This document shows, one piece after another, positions 1 to 8,848 of a stretch of 31,116 nucleotides of DNA (positions are counted from its first letter, which is position 1; each line of letters starts with the position of its first letter). The notes beneath the pieces are model-generated. The model made no database searches, had not been told where the DNA came from, and was given only the letters and a program-made list of their open reading frames with translations. The position numbers were made by a program, and so were the translations under genes. The DNA is taken from contig DASQAY010000059.1 of NCBI GenBank assembly GCA_035635515.1, positions 1-31,116 of the forward strand. The letters are read 5' to 3'. Source of the DNA: Candidatus Eiseniibacteriota bacterium. GTDB lineage: Bacteria > Chloroflexota > Dormibacteria > CF-121.

Positions 1-1
1 C

Positions 2-331
2 AACATCTTCCTGATCCTGGTCACGGTTGTCCTGCTGGGCGGGTCGTTCGGCTTCGTCCTGCGCAAGGTGCTGGATGCCCGCCGTCGGCCGTTCGCGGCC
101 GGTGAAGAATCGATCGTCGGCAAAGTAGGCACGGTCCGCGAGGCGCTCCGGCCGGAGGGCCTGGTCTTCGTCGACGGCGCCCTCTGGCAGGCGACGTCGG
201 TCTCTGGACCGATTGACGCGGGCAGCCAGGTCCGGGTCGTCGGGATTGACGGGCTGCGTCTTCGGGTCAACACCGTGAGCGCCCAATCCACGCCATCGTC
301 GCAAACGCCGCCCAGGGCTGCGGCCCAATAG
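2..331 (+). CDS. NfeD-family membrane protein, C-terminal part (5' truncated by window)
   Basis: The frame is open from base 2 (NIFLILVTVVLLGGSFGFVLRKV...). It encodes a hydrophobic helix and then GEESIVGKVGTVREALRPEGLVFVDGALWQA...VRVVGIDGLRLRV, typical of the NfeD C-terminal OB-fold. It lies directly upstream of an SPFH gene. Confidence 0.85.
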   Translation, partial: NIFLILVTVVLLGGSFGFVLRKVLDARRRPFAAGEESIVGKVGTVREALRPEGLVFVDGALWQATSVSGPIDAGSQVRVVGIDGLRLRVNTVSAQSTPSSQTPPRAAAQ

Positions 332-350
332 GCCCAATCCGAATCCGGGC

Positions 351-356
351 TAAGAT
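351..356 (+). promoter_or_regulatory. Putative -10 element TAAGAT for the SPFH gene
   Basis: TAAGAT lies 35 nt upstream of the GTG start, followed by a GAGGAGG Shine-Dalgarno. No convincing -35. Confidence 0.4.
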
Positions 357-391
357 GTGTTGCGTCCGGCCGCACTGAAGAGGAGGAAGTC

Positions 392-1195
392 GTGTTCGCC
401 ATAGCTGTCGTCGGCGTCATCATCGTCCTGGTCCTGGTCGGGTTCACATCCGCCGTCCGGATCATTAACGAGTACGAGCGAGGGGTGCTGTTCCGCCTCG
501 GCCGGCTAATGGATGTCAAGGGGCCGGGACTGCGGCTCATCATCCCGTTCGGGATCGACCGCCTGGTCAAGATCGACCTGCGCACCATTACTCTGGAGGT
601 TCCTCCGCAGGAGGTCATCACCCTCGACAACGTGACCGTGAAGGTCAACGCGGTCATCTATTTCCTGGTCATCAATCCCAACTGGGCCGTGACCAAAGTC
701 ATGAACTACGTGAACGCCACCTCGCAAATTGCCCAGACGACCCTGCGCAGCGTGTTGGGCCAGTCCTCGCTCGACACCCTGCTGGCCGACCGGGAAAAGA
801 TCAACACCGTGCTGCAGAAGATCATCGATGAGCAGACCGAACCCTGGGGCATCAAGGTCTCGACGGTCGAGATCAAGGATGTCGAGCTGCCCCAGACCAT
901 GCAGCGGGCGATGGCCAAGCAAGCCGAAGCTGAGCGCGAGAAGCGAGCGAAGATCATTCACGCGGAGGGGGAGTTCTCGGCCGCCAGCCAGCTCGCCGAA
1001 GCCGCGAAAATTATCGCCACACAGCCAAGCGCCCTGCAACTGCGCTACCTGCAGACCCTGACCGAGATCGGCGTCGAGCGCAACACCATGATTGTGTTCC
1101 CGATGCCCATCGACCTTATCCAACCCCTGCTCGACATTCGTCCGCGGGCGCCCGGGGCCCCGGCTGCACCTTCCGGGGCGGCTTCCAAGACCTGA
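392..1195 (+). CDS. SPFH/band-7 (stomatin-like) membrane protein
   Basis: N-terminal TM helix and the motifs [48 protein letters not shown] and [10 protein letters not shown]. Strong SD (GAGGAGG). Confidence 0.95.
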   Translation: MFAIAVVGVIIVLVLVGFTSAVRIINEYERGVLFRLGRLMDVKGPGLRLIIPFGIDRLVKIDLRTITLEVPPQEVITLDNVTVKVNAVIYFLVINPNWAVTKVMNYVNATSQIAQTTLRSVLGQSSLDTLLADREKINTVLQKIIDEQTEPWGIKVSTVEIKDVELPQTMQRAMAKQAEAEREKRAKIIHAEGEFSAASQLAEAAKIIATQPSALQLRYLQTLTEIGVERNTMIVFPMPIDLIQPLLDIRPRAPGAPAAPSGAASKT

Positions 1196-2121
1196 TCCCA
1201 GCGGCCTCGGCTCCCGTCGACCTGGTCACCGTCCTGGTCCTGGGCCTGGTGGCCGGTCTTTTCGTGCTCGCCAACTACGGAGAGCGGTCCAGCGCCGCGC
1301 GGGTGGTGACCATCGTGCTCACCATCACCATCGGCCTGCTCTTCACTGCGGCCGGTACCTTCACCAGCCAATGGGTTGGGCTCCTGATGGTGGTGGCGCT
1401 GGCCGCCTCGCTCCTCTACCTCCTTCCCAGCGTGCAGCAGGTGGTGGCTAAAGGCGTGCCGCTGCGGCCGGGCTCGACGGTGAACTACGTCGCCCTCTCC
1501 CTGGCCCTGCTCCTGTTTGCCTTCCAGCTGGGAACCCAATTGACGGTCGACGTGCTCGGCCTCTTGGCCAAGAGCCCACCGTTCACCCTGGCGGACCTCT
1601 TGGTGCAGGAGATTCCGCTGATCGTCATCGCCGTCCTGGGAGTCGGCTTCCTGGTGCGACGTAGCTGGCCCGAAACGATCGATCGGCTGGGCCTTCGCCC
1701 CCTGCGCAAGACGTGGTGGGTGTACGCGCTGGTGGCGGTGGTCGCGTTCCTGGCCGTGGGCTACGGGATCGATCAGCTGGCGTCGTGGCTGAGCCCCGAG
1801 ACGCAGAAGCGCGTCAATGACGCCAGCCAGGTGGTCTTCCACAGCCTGAGCAATCCCGGGGCCGTCGTCCTCCTCGGGCTGACCGCCGGGGTGTCGGAAG
1901 AGCTGATCTTCCGGGGGGCGATGCTCCCCCGGTTCGGCGTGCTCGCCACCTCCCTGTTGTTCGCCGCGGTCCACACGCAGTACGGCATAACCTTCGCCAC
2001 CCTGGAGGTCTTCGTCATCGGCCTCGGGCTGGGCTGGCTGCGCCTGCGCGCCGGGACCCTCGCGTGCATTGCCAGCCACGCCGGGTACGACATCATCGTC
2101 GGGTTGCTCGCCCTCCACTAG
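1192..2121 (+). CDS. CPBP-family (CAAX protease/Abi) intramembrane metalloprotease
   Basis: Multi-TM protein with motifs [13 protein letters not shown] and HAGYD. First canonical start is GTG 1249. The frame stays open and hydrophobic back to a CTG at 1192 that overlaps the SPFH stop (CTGA), so the start is uncertain. Confidence 0.85.
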   Translation: MIPAASAPVDLVTVLVLGLVAGLFVLANYGERSSAARVVTIVLTITIGLLFTAAGTFTSQWVGLLMVVALAASLLYLLPSVQQVVAKGVPLRPGSTVNYVALSLALLLFAFQLGTQLTVDVLGLLAKSPPFTLADLLVQEIPLIVIAVLGVGFLVRRSWPETIDRLGLRPLRKTWWVYALVAVVAFLAVGYGIDQLASWLSPETQKRVNDASQVVFHSLSNPGAVVLLGLTAGVSEELIFRGAMLPRFGVLATSLLFAAVHTQYGITFATLEVFVIGLGLGWLRLRAGTLACIASHAGYDIIVGLLALH

Positions 2122-2161
2122 TTTTCCCCTTACAGAACATCCGTTCGGGCGATGCCGGGCG

Positions 2162-2167
2162 TATAAT
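2162..2167 (+). promoter_or_regulatory. Putative -10 element TATAAT for parAB
   Basis: Perfect TATAAT in the gap between the CPBP stop and the TTG start of parA. Confidence 0.55.
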
Positions 2168-2203
2168 CCAGCCCAAATCCACGCCCTCGTCCCAGCACAG
2201 CAC

Positions 2204-3010
2204 TTGCCCTGCATCTATGCCGTCGTCAACCAGAAGGGTGGAGTCGGAAAGACGACCACGGCGATCAACGTGGCCGCCAACCTTCCCGACCTCGGCAAGT
2301 CCGGCCTGATCGTCGACATGGATCCGCAGGGCAACACCACCAGCGGGTTTGGCATCGACAAGAGCCGGCTGGCGGGCAGCGTCTACAACGTCATCATCGA
2401 GGCCGCCGACGTCAATGCGGTCATCCGTCCGACCGGCGTGCCAGGCCTCGATATCCTCCCCTCCCACCGATCGCTGGCTGGCGCCGAAATCGAGCTGATC
2501 GGACTACCCCGCCGGGAGCGGCGGCTGGTGTACGCGCTGGACATGCTCCGCAACGCCTACGACTACGTGATCATCGACTGTCCGCCCTCGCTGGGCTTGC
2601 TCACCGTCAACTGCCTGGTGGCCGCGGAGTACATGCTGATCCCTATCCAGTGCGAGTACTACGCGCTGGAAGGCCTGGGGGCGCTGACCCATACCTCGCA
2701 GCTGATCCAGCGCGAGCTCAACCCCAGGCTGAAGATCGGCGGCATCGTGCTCACCCTTTTCGACCCGCGCACCACGCTGGCCTGGCAGGTGGCAGAGCAG
2801 GTGCGCAGCCAGTATCCGGACGAGACCTTTCGCACCATCATCCCGCGCAACGTGCGCTTGAGCGAGGCACCCAGTCACGGGATGCCGATCACCCAGTACG
2901 ATCCGGCCTCTCGGGGCGCGGTCGCCTACCACGAACTGACCAAGGAGTTAATCTCCCGCGGCGCCGCGGCGAACCACCACGAACTGACCAAGGAGTTGAT
3001 CGCCAGATGA
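2204..3010 (+). CDS. parA: ParA/Soj chromosome partitioning ATPase
   Basis: Deviant Walker A NQKGGVGKTTT, plus DMDPQGN, IIDCPPSLGLLT, IPIQCEYYALEG and IPRNVRLSEAPSHG. Start placed at TTG 2204 because the longer ORF-track start overlaps the upstream gene and promoter. Confidence 0.97.
   Translation: MPCIYAVVNQKGGVGKTTTAINVAANLPDLGKSGLIVDMDPQGNTTSGFGIDKSRLAGSVYNVIIEAADVNAVIRPTGVPGLDILPSHRSLAGAEIELIGLPRRERRLVYALDMLRNAYDYVIIDCPPSLGLLTVNCLVAAEYMLIPIQCEYYALEGLGALTHTSQLIQRELNPRLKIGGIVLTLFDPRTTLAWQVAEQVRSQYPDETFRTIIPRNVRLSEAPSHGMPITQYDPASRGAVAYHELTKELISRGAAANHHELTKELIAR
2928..2997 (+). repeat. 22-bp direct repeat ACCACGAACTGACCAAGGAGTT, 48-bp period, in the parA 3' end
   Basis: Identical copies at 2928-2949 and 2976-2997. 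The protein reads YHELTKELISR...NHHELTKELIAR. Confidence 0.95.
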
Positions 3011-3894
3011 ACAAGCGGCGCGGCCTGGGGCGCGGGCTGGAAGCGCTCATCCCCTCCGGCGAATACCTTGACGACACGGCGGTCGGCATGGCGCAGCGCC
3101 AACAGGCCCTGCGCATCCCGATCCAGGACATCCGACCCAACCCGGACCAGCCCCGCCAGGCCTTCGGTCCAGAGGCCCTCCAGGAGCTGGCCGACTCCAT
3201 CCGGCAGCACGGCATCCTGCAACCCCTCCTCGTCCGCGAGCTCCCCGATGATGGCTACGAGTTGATCGCCGGCGAGCGCCGCCTGCGCGCCGCCCAGATT
3301 GCCGGCCTGACCGAGGTGCCAGTGATCATTCACAACGGCTCCACCGATACCGCCGACGAGCGCCTGCAACTGTCGTTGATCGAGAACCTGCAACGGTCCG
3401 ACCTCAACCCGGTCGAGGAGGCGCGGGCCATCCAACGTCTTCTCATGGAGTTCGGCCTGACGCAGGACGCTGTAGCCGACCGCCTGGCCAAGAGCCGTGT
3501 GGCGGTCGCAAACACCGTACGGCTGCTGCGACTTCCCAGATCCGCAGTAGACGCCCTCGAGGCCGGCGTTATTACGGCGGGTCACGCGAAGGCTCTCCTA
3601 GGACTTGCGACCCTTGCCCAGCAGGAAGCGGCGCTCCAGCAGATCATTGATGGACATTGGAGTGTCCGCCAGACGGAAGACTGGGTTCGGGCCCGGGAGG
3701 GAGCGAGCCGCCGCCGCGAGCCGCGTCAGCGGATTGGGGTCGACGCGGAGACACTGGCCCTTGAAGGTGAGTTCAGGAGTGCGTTGGGTACCAAGGTCAT
3801 TTTGACCAGGATCAAGGATGGCGGGCGCCTGACGATTGAGTTCTACAGCGATGTAGAGCTCGATGTGCTGCGAGCCAAGCTGATCGGCCGCTAG
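3007..3894 (+). CDS. parB: ParB/Spo0J partitioning protein
   Basis: MNKRRGLGRGLEALIP, PNPDQPRQ, GILQPLLVR and the arginine patch AGERRLRAA, then LIENLQRSDLNPVEEA and an HTH. The ATG overlaps the parA stop (ATGA). Confidence 0.97.
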   Translation: MNKRRGLGRGLEALIPSGEYLDDTAVGMAQRQQALRIPIQDIRPNPDQPRQAFGPEALQELADSIRQHGILQPLLVRELPDDGYELIAGERRLRAAQIAGLTEVPVIIHNGSTDTADERLQLSLIENLQRSDLNPVEEARAIQRLLMEFGLTQDAVADRLAKSRVAVANTVRLLRLPRSAVDALEAGVITAGHAKALLGLATLAQQEAALQQIIDGHWSVRQTEDWVRAREGASRRREPRQRIGVDAETLALEGEFRSALGTKVILTRIKDGGRLTIEFYSDVELDVLRAKLIGR

Positions 3895-3901
3895 CTCCGT
3901 T

Positions 3902-3917
3902 GGTTCCACGTGGAACA
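3902..3917. promoter_or_regulatory. parS: parS site GGTTCCACGTGGAACA
   Basis: 15/16 match to the palindrome TGTTCCACGTGGAACA, 7 bp after the parB stop. Confidence 0.9.
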
Positions 3918-4020
3918 CGAGTGGCGCCTGCGCTCTGCCAGAGCCGTATTCCATGGGACCACTCCCTGATCAAGAATTCGATGGGCTACGAGACTCAGAG
4001 CTGATCGGCCGTATCTCCTT

Positions 4021-4036
4021 TGTTCCACGTGGAACA
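4021..4036. promoter_or_regulatory. parS: parS site TGTTCCACGTGGAACA (perfect palindrome)
   Basis: Perfect 16-bp palindrome matching the widespread chromosomal parS consensus. Confidence 0.95.
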
Positions 4037-4068
4037 CCCAGTGGCGCTTGGGGCGCTGCCCCGAGCTA

Positions 4069-4084
4069 TGTTCCACGGGGAACA
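4069..4084. promoter_or_regulatory. parS: parS site TGTTCCACGGGGAACA
   Basis: One mismatch from the perfect palindrome. Confidence 0.85.
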
Positions 4085-4103
4085 TTGCTTGGCCAAGACC
4101 TGC

Positions 4104-4556
4104 CTATTCGGCGATCCAGCGGTCGCCCGTACGGGCGTAGTCGTGGATCTCGTCCGGCTTAAAGAACAGGTCGATTTCGACTTCCGCTCGTTGCGGCGAG
4201 TCCGACCCGTGGATCAAGTTCATCCCCAGGTCCAAGGCCAGATCGCCCCGGACGGTGCCGGGGCCCGCCTTCAGCGGATCGGTGGATCCCATCAGCGTCC
4301 GGACCACGGTGACGGCCTCCCGCCCTTCCCAGATCATGGCGACCACCGGTCCGGAGGTGATGAACTTGACCAGGCCGTCGAAGAACGGCTTGCCTTTGTG
4401 CTCGGCATAGTGGCGGCCGGCCAGCTCCGGAGTAATTCGGATCATTTTGAGGGCTATCAGCTTCAACCCGCGCCCCTCCAGCCGGCTGACGATCTCCCCG
4501 ATCAACCCGCGCTGCACCCCGTCTGGTTTCACCAGAACGAGCGTGCGCTGAGTCAT
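4104..4556 (-). CDS. ndk: Nucleoside-diphosphate kinase
   Basis: [38 protein letters not shown] and the catalytic NLIHGSDS. Confidence 0.98.
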   Translation of the reverse strand: MTQRTLVLVKPDGVQRGLIGEIVSRLEGRGLKLIALKMIRITPELAGRHYAEHKGKPFFDGLVKFITSGPVVAMIWEGREAVTVVRTLMGSTDPLKAGPGTVRGDLALDLGMNLIHGSDSPQRAEVEIDLFFKPDEIHDYARTGDRWIAE

Positions 4557-5137
4557 TGAGCCGGAGCAGCCAGGGTCGGCCGACCGTTCAACAGGGAGAC
4601 CTCGTCCAGCGGCCAGATCCGGACCTCCGCCTTGCCCAGGATGTCCGCCTTGTGGATGAAGCCAAAGGTGCGCGAGTCGCTGGAGTGGTTGCGGTTATCT
4701 CCCATGACGAAGAAGCTATCCGGCGGTACCTGCACCTCGCGGCCGTCGGGCGGCCACGAGTTGTTGTAGGTCCATTTCTCGGGCAGGTAGGGCTCCTGCA
4801 GGACCTCGCCGTTGATGTACACGACCCCCTGGCTGATGCGCAGCCGATCGCCGGGGATGGCAATCACCCGCTTGATGAAGTCCCGCGTTTCCTCGTTGGG
4901 CGGGCGGAAGACGATAATGTCGCCCCGCTGCGGATCGTGCAGCTTGTAGGAAATCTTGGAGGCGACCAGCAGGTCGTTGTCGTGCAGCGTGCCGTACATG
5001 CTGGACCCGAGCACGTGGACGGTCTGGACCGCGTACTGGATGACGATGTAGAGGGCGAGCGCCAAAAAGACAATCTCGAGGGTGTCGCGGACGAACGACT
5101 TCTGGCGGGGCTGCTGGGGCGCCACGGCTCGCCCCAC
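4553..5137 (-). CDS. lepB: Signal peptidase I
   Basis: TM anchor, catalytic Ser in GSSMYGTL, catalytic Lys in FIKRVIA, and box [13 protein letters not shown]. The start may be GTG 5137 or 5125. Confidence 0.95.
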   Translation of the reverse strand: MGRAVAPQQPRQKSFVRDTLEIVFLALALYIVIQYAVQTVHVLGSSMYGTLHDNDLLVASKISYKLHDPQRGDIIVFRPPNEETRDFIKRVIAIPGDRLRISQGVVYINGEVLQEPYLPEKWTYNNSWPPDGREVQVPPDSFFVMGDNRNHSSDSRTFGFIHKADILGKAEVRIWPLDEVSLLNGRPTLAAPAQ

Positions 5138-5164
5138 TAGTGTGAATCCATTTGCGGGCGTCTC

Positions 5165-5170
5165 ATTCTA
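5165..5170 (-). promoter_or_regulatory. Putative -10 element TAGAAT for lepB-ndk
   Basis: TAGAAT on the minus strand, 27 nt upstream of the lepB start. No clear -35. Confidence 0.4.
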
Positions 5171-5187
5171 GTCGACGGCACCAGTCG

Positions 5188-6468
5188 TCAGGCGATTTGG
5201 CGAAGGAAGGGTGCCTCGCTGCGGAAGGGCCCGATGGCCGCCAGCTGGATGCTCTGACTGAAGAGGCGCTCGGCCACCCGGGTGATATCCCCTGGGGTCA
5301 CCGCGTCGATCTGGGCGGTGGTCGCCTCCAGGTCCTCGATCCGACCCATGAGCGCTTCCTGCCCGCCGTACCAGGTGGCGACCGAGTTGGTGCTCTCCAT
5401 CTGCAGCAGCAACCGGCCCTTGTAATACTCCTTGGCCTTGACCAGCTCCGCCTGACCCACCGGCTCGCTGGCCAGCCGCCGCATCTCGCCCACGATGGCG
5501 CCCACGGCGCGAGCCGCCTGGGCCGGATCGGTCCCGGCATACACTCCGAGCACCCCCGTGTCATAGAGCCGGTTGACGTAGGAATGGACGTCGTAGGCGA
5601 GGCCCAGCTTCTCCCGGACTTCCAGGAAGAGACGAGAGCTCATCCCTTCCCCCAACACCCCGTTGAGGATGTCGATCACATGCCGATCGCGGTCCATGTA
5701 CGAGGGCGCATGGACGCCCAGGGCGATGTGCGCCTGCTCGGTCTTCTTGGTCTTGATCAGCACCCGCGGCTTGTGCCCGTTGGGGCTGGAGGCCAGAAAC
5801 CCGGGCGGCGCGGCGCCGTTTCCGCGTGGCCGCAGCCGCGGCTGAATGAGCTCGATGGCCCGCTCGTGCGTCACCGGCCCAGCGATGGTGACCACCAAGT
5901 TTTTCAGGAGATAATGCTCCTCCAGGTAGCGCAGCAGGTCCTCGCGCGTCAGGGCTCGCACCGAGGCCTCGGTGCCGGCCGTGTCCCGTCCCAGCGGGTG
6001 ATTGGGCCACATGATCTGTTCGAAAAGGCTGTGCACGTGCTCCTGGGGAGAGTCGAGGTACATGCGCAGCTCCTCCAGGATCACCAGCCGCTCCTTCTCT
6101 AGCTCGGTCGGGTCCAGCCGGGGCTGGAAGAGCATGTCGCCCACCACATCGATGGCCAGCTCGGCGCGGTGCTCGGGCACCCGGGCCCAGTACATGGTCA
6201 GCTCCTTATCGGTGGCCGCGTTCAGCACCCCGCCCACCCCCTCGATCGCCTCCGCAATCTCTTTAGCGCCGGCATAACGGGCGGAGCCCTTGAAGAACAT
6301 ATGTTCGAGGAAGTGGGATACCCCGGCGAGCTTGTCCGACTCGTAGCGGGAACCCACCCGGAACATGACCGCCAGGCTGACCGACGGCCGGTCTGGGAGT
6401 TCGATGGTGATCAACCGGGCCCCGTCCTGCAGCCTCTCCAGGCGAAACGGAGGAGAACTCAGGGGCAC
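5188..6468 (-). CDS. M16 family (pitrilysin/insulinase-like) zinc peptidase
   Basis: Inverted zinc motif HFLEH in GVSHFLEHMFFKGS, plus NAATDKE and GEGMSSRLFLEVREKLGLAY. Start placed at GTG 6468 (VPLSSPPFRLERL) just downstream of a TATACT. Confidence 0.93.
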   Translation of the reverse strand: MPLSSPPFRLERLQDGARLITIELPDRPSVSLAVMFRVGSRYESDKLAGVSHFLEHMFFKGSARYAGAKEIAEAIEGVGGVLNAATDKELTMYWARVPEHRAELAIDVVGDMLFQPRLDPTELEKERLVILEELRMYLDSPQEHVHSLFEQIMWPNHPLGRDTAGTEASVRALTREDLLRYLEEHYLLKNLVVTIAGPVTHERAIELIQPRLRPRGNGAAPPGFLASSPNGHKPRVLIKTKKTEQAHIALGVHAPSYMDRDRHVIDILNGVLGEGMSSRLFLEVREKLGLAYDVHSYVNRLYDTGVLGVYAGTDPAQAARAVGAIVGEMRRLASEPVGQAELVKAKEYYKGRLLLQMESTNSVATWYGGQEALMGRIEDLEATTAQIDAVTPGDITRVAERLFSQSIQLAAIGPFRSEAPFLRQIA

Positions 6469-6474
6469 CGAATC

Positions 6475-6480
6475 AGTATA
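6475..6480 (-). promoter_or_regulatory. Putative -10 element TATACT for the M16 peptidase (leaderless geometry)
   Basis: The minus strand reads TATACT-GATTCG-GTG. Confidence 0.5.
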
Positions 6481-6523
6481 TCGTAGGAGTTTGGCCGGGC
6501 CCGAAGCCTTCTCTAGCGCACCC

Positions 6524-7066
6524 ATGACTACTGATTCCCTCGATATGCCATTTTATGACAGTCCAGAAGCAATGGTCGCCCTCGACTGGCTCCCCGGTGA
6601 GCGCGGGTTTGCGCTGGTTGGTGCCGGGGCGCTGGGGCTGGCCGAGCGCCTGTTCGGGTCCAGCCTGACGATCGGCGTCGCGGCCCACCGACCCTGGAAG
6701 CCCGGCGCCCCCCAGGCCCTGGTGATCCCGGTCACGGCGGAACGAATCGAGATCCGGATCCCAGACCGCGAGCCATGGGCCAGCCTGCTGGCCGGCCACC
6801 TGGCGGACCTCGCCGAGCCGGCCTCATTCGGTCGGCGCCTGGCTCAGGCGATCTCCCGATTGGAGGCCTGGCACGAGTCGGATACCGACTCCGGGAGCGG
6901 ACCGGAGGAGCTGGCTGCCGAGCTGCTTCGACTGCGGCGGCTGGCCCCCTCACCCGAATCGGGGCAAGCCATCGGCGACGCGGTCGAGGCCCTTGACGAT
7001 GGCCTTCCGGTGGACGTGGTGGCGGCCGCGCTGTACCGAGCCCTGGGCCAGAAGACGCCCGGCTAG
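6524..7066 (+). CDS. Hypothetical protein (~180 aa)
   Basis: Fills the gap between the M16 gene and jag and overlaps the jag stop by 4 nt. The composition is protein-like. Start is ATG 6524 or 6545. No family recognised. Confidence 0.7.
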   Translation: MTTDSLDMPFYDSPEAMVALDWLPGERGFALVGAGALGLAERLFGSSLTIGVAAHRPWKPGAPQALVIPVTAERIEIRIPDREPWASLLAGHLADLAEPASFGRRLAQAISRLEAWHESDTDSGSGPEELAAELLRLRRLAPSPESGQAIGDAVEALDDGLPVDVVAAALYRALGQKTPG

Positions 7067-7824
7067 CCTTCTTCGGGCGGCGGCTCGGGAGTCGGCCGCG
7101 GTTCGCCGAAACGAACGCGTTCCCCGGACCGGGCGCGGTCTCCATAACGGGGCCGGTCGGCAAAGCTGCGCCGGGGGGTCGCCTCCGGCGCCGCGGCGGG
7201 CGGTGCTTCGGGCGGGCGCCGGCCGGCGGCCGTCCCCTCGGGCCAGATCACGACCCGCCGGTTGGGCTCTTCGCCCTGGCTCTCGGTGCGGATCCCGGGC
7301 TCGGTGTCCAGGGTGACGTGCACGATGCGCCGCTCGTAGGCGGGCATCGGATCCATCAGGACGCGCTCGCCGCTACGGCGGGCGCGCTGGGCGAGCCGGA
7401 GGGCCATCTCGCGCACCGTCTCCTCGCGCCGCAACCGGTAGCGTTCCACGTCCACGATCACCCGCCGCCGGTCGGTGCGGCCCTCGTTGATGATCAGGTT
7501 GACAACGGCCTGAAACGAGCGCAGGGTCTCGCCCCGCCAGCCGATCAGCACGCCCAGGTCCTGGCCGGCAATGTCAATCGTCACCGGATCCTCCACGTTG
7601 CGCACGTACACCTGGGCGACGATGCCCATCTTGCCGAGCAGCTCCATCACCGCCAGGCGCGCATTGCCGGCATAGGTCTCCCGCAGGGTGACCCGGACTC
7701 GGGCCTGCGGAGACTCCTCCAGGACCTGGACTTCCACGTTTTCGCGCGCCTCTTCCAATTCCTCGAGGGCGCGCTCGATGGCTTCGTCGACCGTGGCTCC
7801 GCTGGTTTCGATGCTCGTCGTCAT
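7063..7824 (-). CDS. jag: Jag/KhpB/EloR RNA-binding protein (Jag_N, KH, R3H)
   Basis: SGATVDEAIERAL, LGVLIGWRGETLRSFQ, VDVERYR and R3H-type PMPAYERRIVH...TESQGEEPNRRVVI. ATG 7824 overlaps the yidC stop. Confidence 0.95.
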   Translation of the reverse strand: MTTSIETSGATVDEAIERALEELEEARENVEVQVLEESPQARVRVTLRETYAGNARLAVMELLGKMGIVAQVYVRNVEDPVTIDIAGQDLGVLIGWRGETLRSFQAVVNLIINEGRTDRRRVIVDVERYRLRREETVREMALRLAQRARRSGERVLMDPMPAYERRIVHVTLDTEPGIRTESQGEEPNRRVVIWPEGTAAGRRPPEAPPAAAPEATPRRSFADRPRYGDRARSGERVRFGEPRPTPEPPPEEG

Positions 7825-8636
7825 GTCCTCGGCCCCCCTCCAGGCAATGTAAGCGACCCCCACCCGGTAATGAAGTATTGCTGACCGATGGAGAACAGGT
7901 TGCTGACCACCCAGTAGAGGGCCAGCGCCGCCGGAAAGTTAATGGCGAAGAACCCGATCATGACCGGCATGAAGAGCGTCATGGTCTGGGTGACCTGCGC
8001 CGTTGAGGGATCCTGTCCGGCCATGCCACCCGCCGGCGTCATCATCTTGGTCTGCACGAACGTCGTCAGGCCGGCCAGCACGGGCAGAATCAGCATGCCC
8101 ACGGCCACGGCCAGGGCGGCATGGCCAAACACGGATGCTGGCGTGGCTGCCACGTTCGGGATCCAGAGGAAGTGGTGGTCGTGGAGCCCCAGCGATTTCT
8201 GCGCGCCGAAAATCACCCAGTACAGGGCGATCAGGATGGGAGCCTGGACCACGGCCGGCAGGCATCCGCTCATCTGTGACAGGGGATTGATGCCGTGCTC
8301 GCGGTACAGCGCCATCGTCTCCTGGTTGAGTCGCTGGGGGTCTTTCTTGTACTTCTTGCGCAGCGCCGCCATCTGGGGCGCAATCTTCCGCTGCTCGCCC
8401 TGGATCCGGCGGGAAGTCGCCAGCTGGTACTGGAAGATGGGGGAGAGCACCACCTTGATCCCCACCGTGAGGAGGACGATGGCGATCCCAAACGGGCCGA
8501 TCGTCTGGGCCAGCGGGTTGCCCGACAGACCAGTGACGAGCCAGTGAAGCCCGGCCGACATGGGAACGCCAAAGATGGTCCACCACGCCTTCCAGACGGG
8601 GTGCCACAGCTGACCGATCGAACTATCCAGCATCAT
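7821..8636 (-). CDS. yidC: Membrane protein insertase YidC (short form, no large periplasmic domain)
   Basis: [45 protein letters not shown] and [19 protein letters not shown]. Canonical position. Confidence 0.95.
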   Translation of the reverse strand: MMLDSSIGQLWHPVWKAWWTIFGVPMSAGLHWLVTGLSGNPLAQTIGPFGIAIVLLTVGIKVVLSPIFQYQLATSRRIQGEQRKIAPQMAALRKKYKKDPQRLNQETMALYREHGINPLSQMSGCLPAVVQAPILIALYWVIFGAQKSLGLHDHHFLWIPNVAATPASVFGHAALAVAVGMLILPVLAGLTTFVQTKMMTPAGGMAGQDPSTAQVTQTMTLFMPVMIGFFAINFPAALALYWVVSNLFSIGQQYFITGWGSLTLPGGGPRT

Positions 8637-8848
8637 GGAACCGGATCCCAGCCGCCTTCATGGAAGGGATGGCACCGGCCGATCCGCTTGACGGCCATCC
8701 ACCAACCGCGGCGCCAGCCGTACTTCTGGATGGCTTCGTACCCGTACTGTGAGCAGGTGGGCGTGAAGCGGCACCCGCTGATAAGGCCAAACAGTGGACC
8801 CAGCGTGACCCGGTAGACGCGGATCAGGACCAGCGAGGCCGCGGTCAT
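8633..8848 (-). CDS. yidD: Membrane protein insertion efficiency factor YidD
   Basis: [19 protein letters not shown]...[20 protein letters not shown] 8848 overlaps the rnpA stop. Confidence 0.95.
   Translation of the reverse strand: MTAASLVLIRVYRVTLGPLFGLISGCRFTPTCSQYGYEAIQKYGWRRGWWMAVKRIGRCHPFHEGGWDPVP

Larger units (their letters stand above)
3850..4088 (+). repeat. Diverged tandem duplication (~118-121 bp unit) covering the parB 3' end and two parS positions per unit
   Basis: Units are ~3850-3967 and ~3968-4088. They share AGCTGATCGGCCG (3878-3890 / 3999-4011), TTCCACGTGGAACAC and AGTGGCGC. Confidence 0.85.

Noticed and set aside
3902-4084. parS repeats as a mini CRISPR array
   Set aside because: The repeats are 16-bp parS palindromes next to parB, and the intervening sequences are duplicates of each other rather than unique spacers.
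3953-4162. 69-aa ORF containing a ParB-like tail (ELIGR)
   Set aside because: Better explained as the decayed duplicate of the parB 3' end read through parS palindromes. No SD.
7443-7451. GTTCCACGT parS half-site in jag
   Set aside because: The second half does not match, and the sequence is explained by the codons for VDVER.
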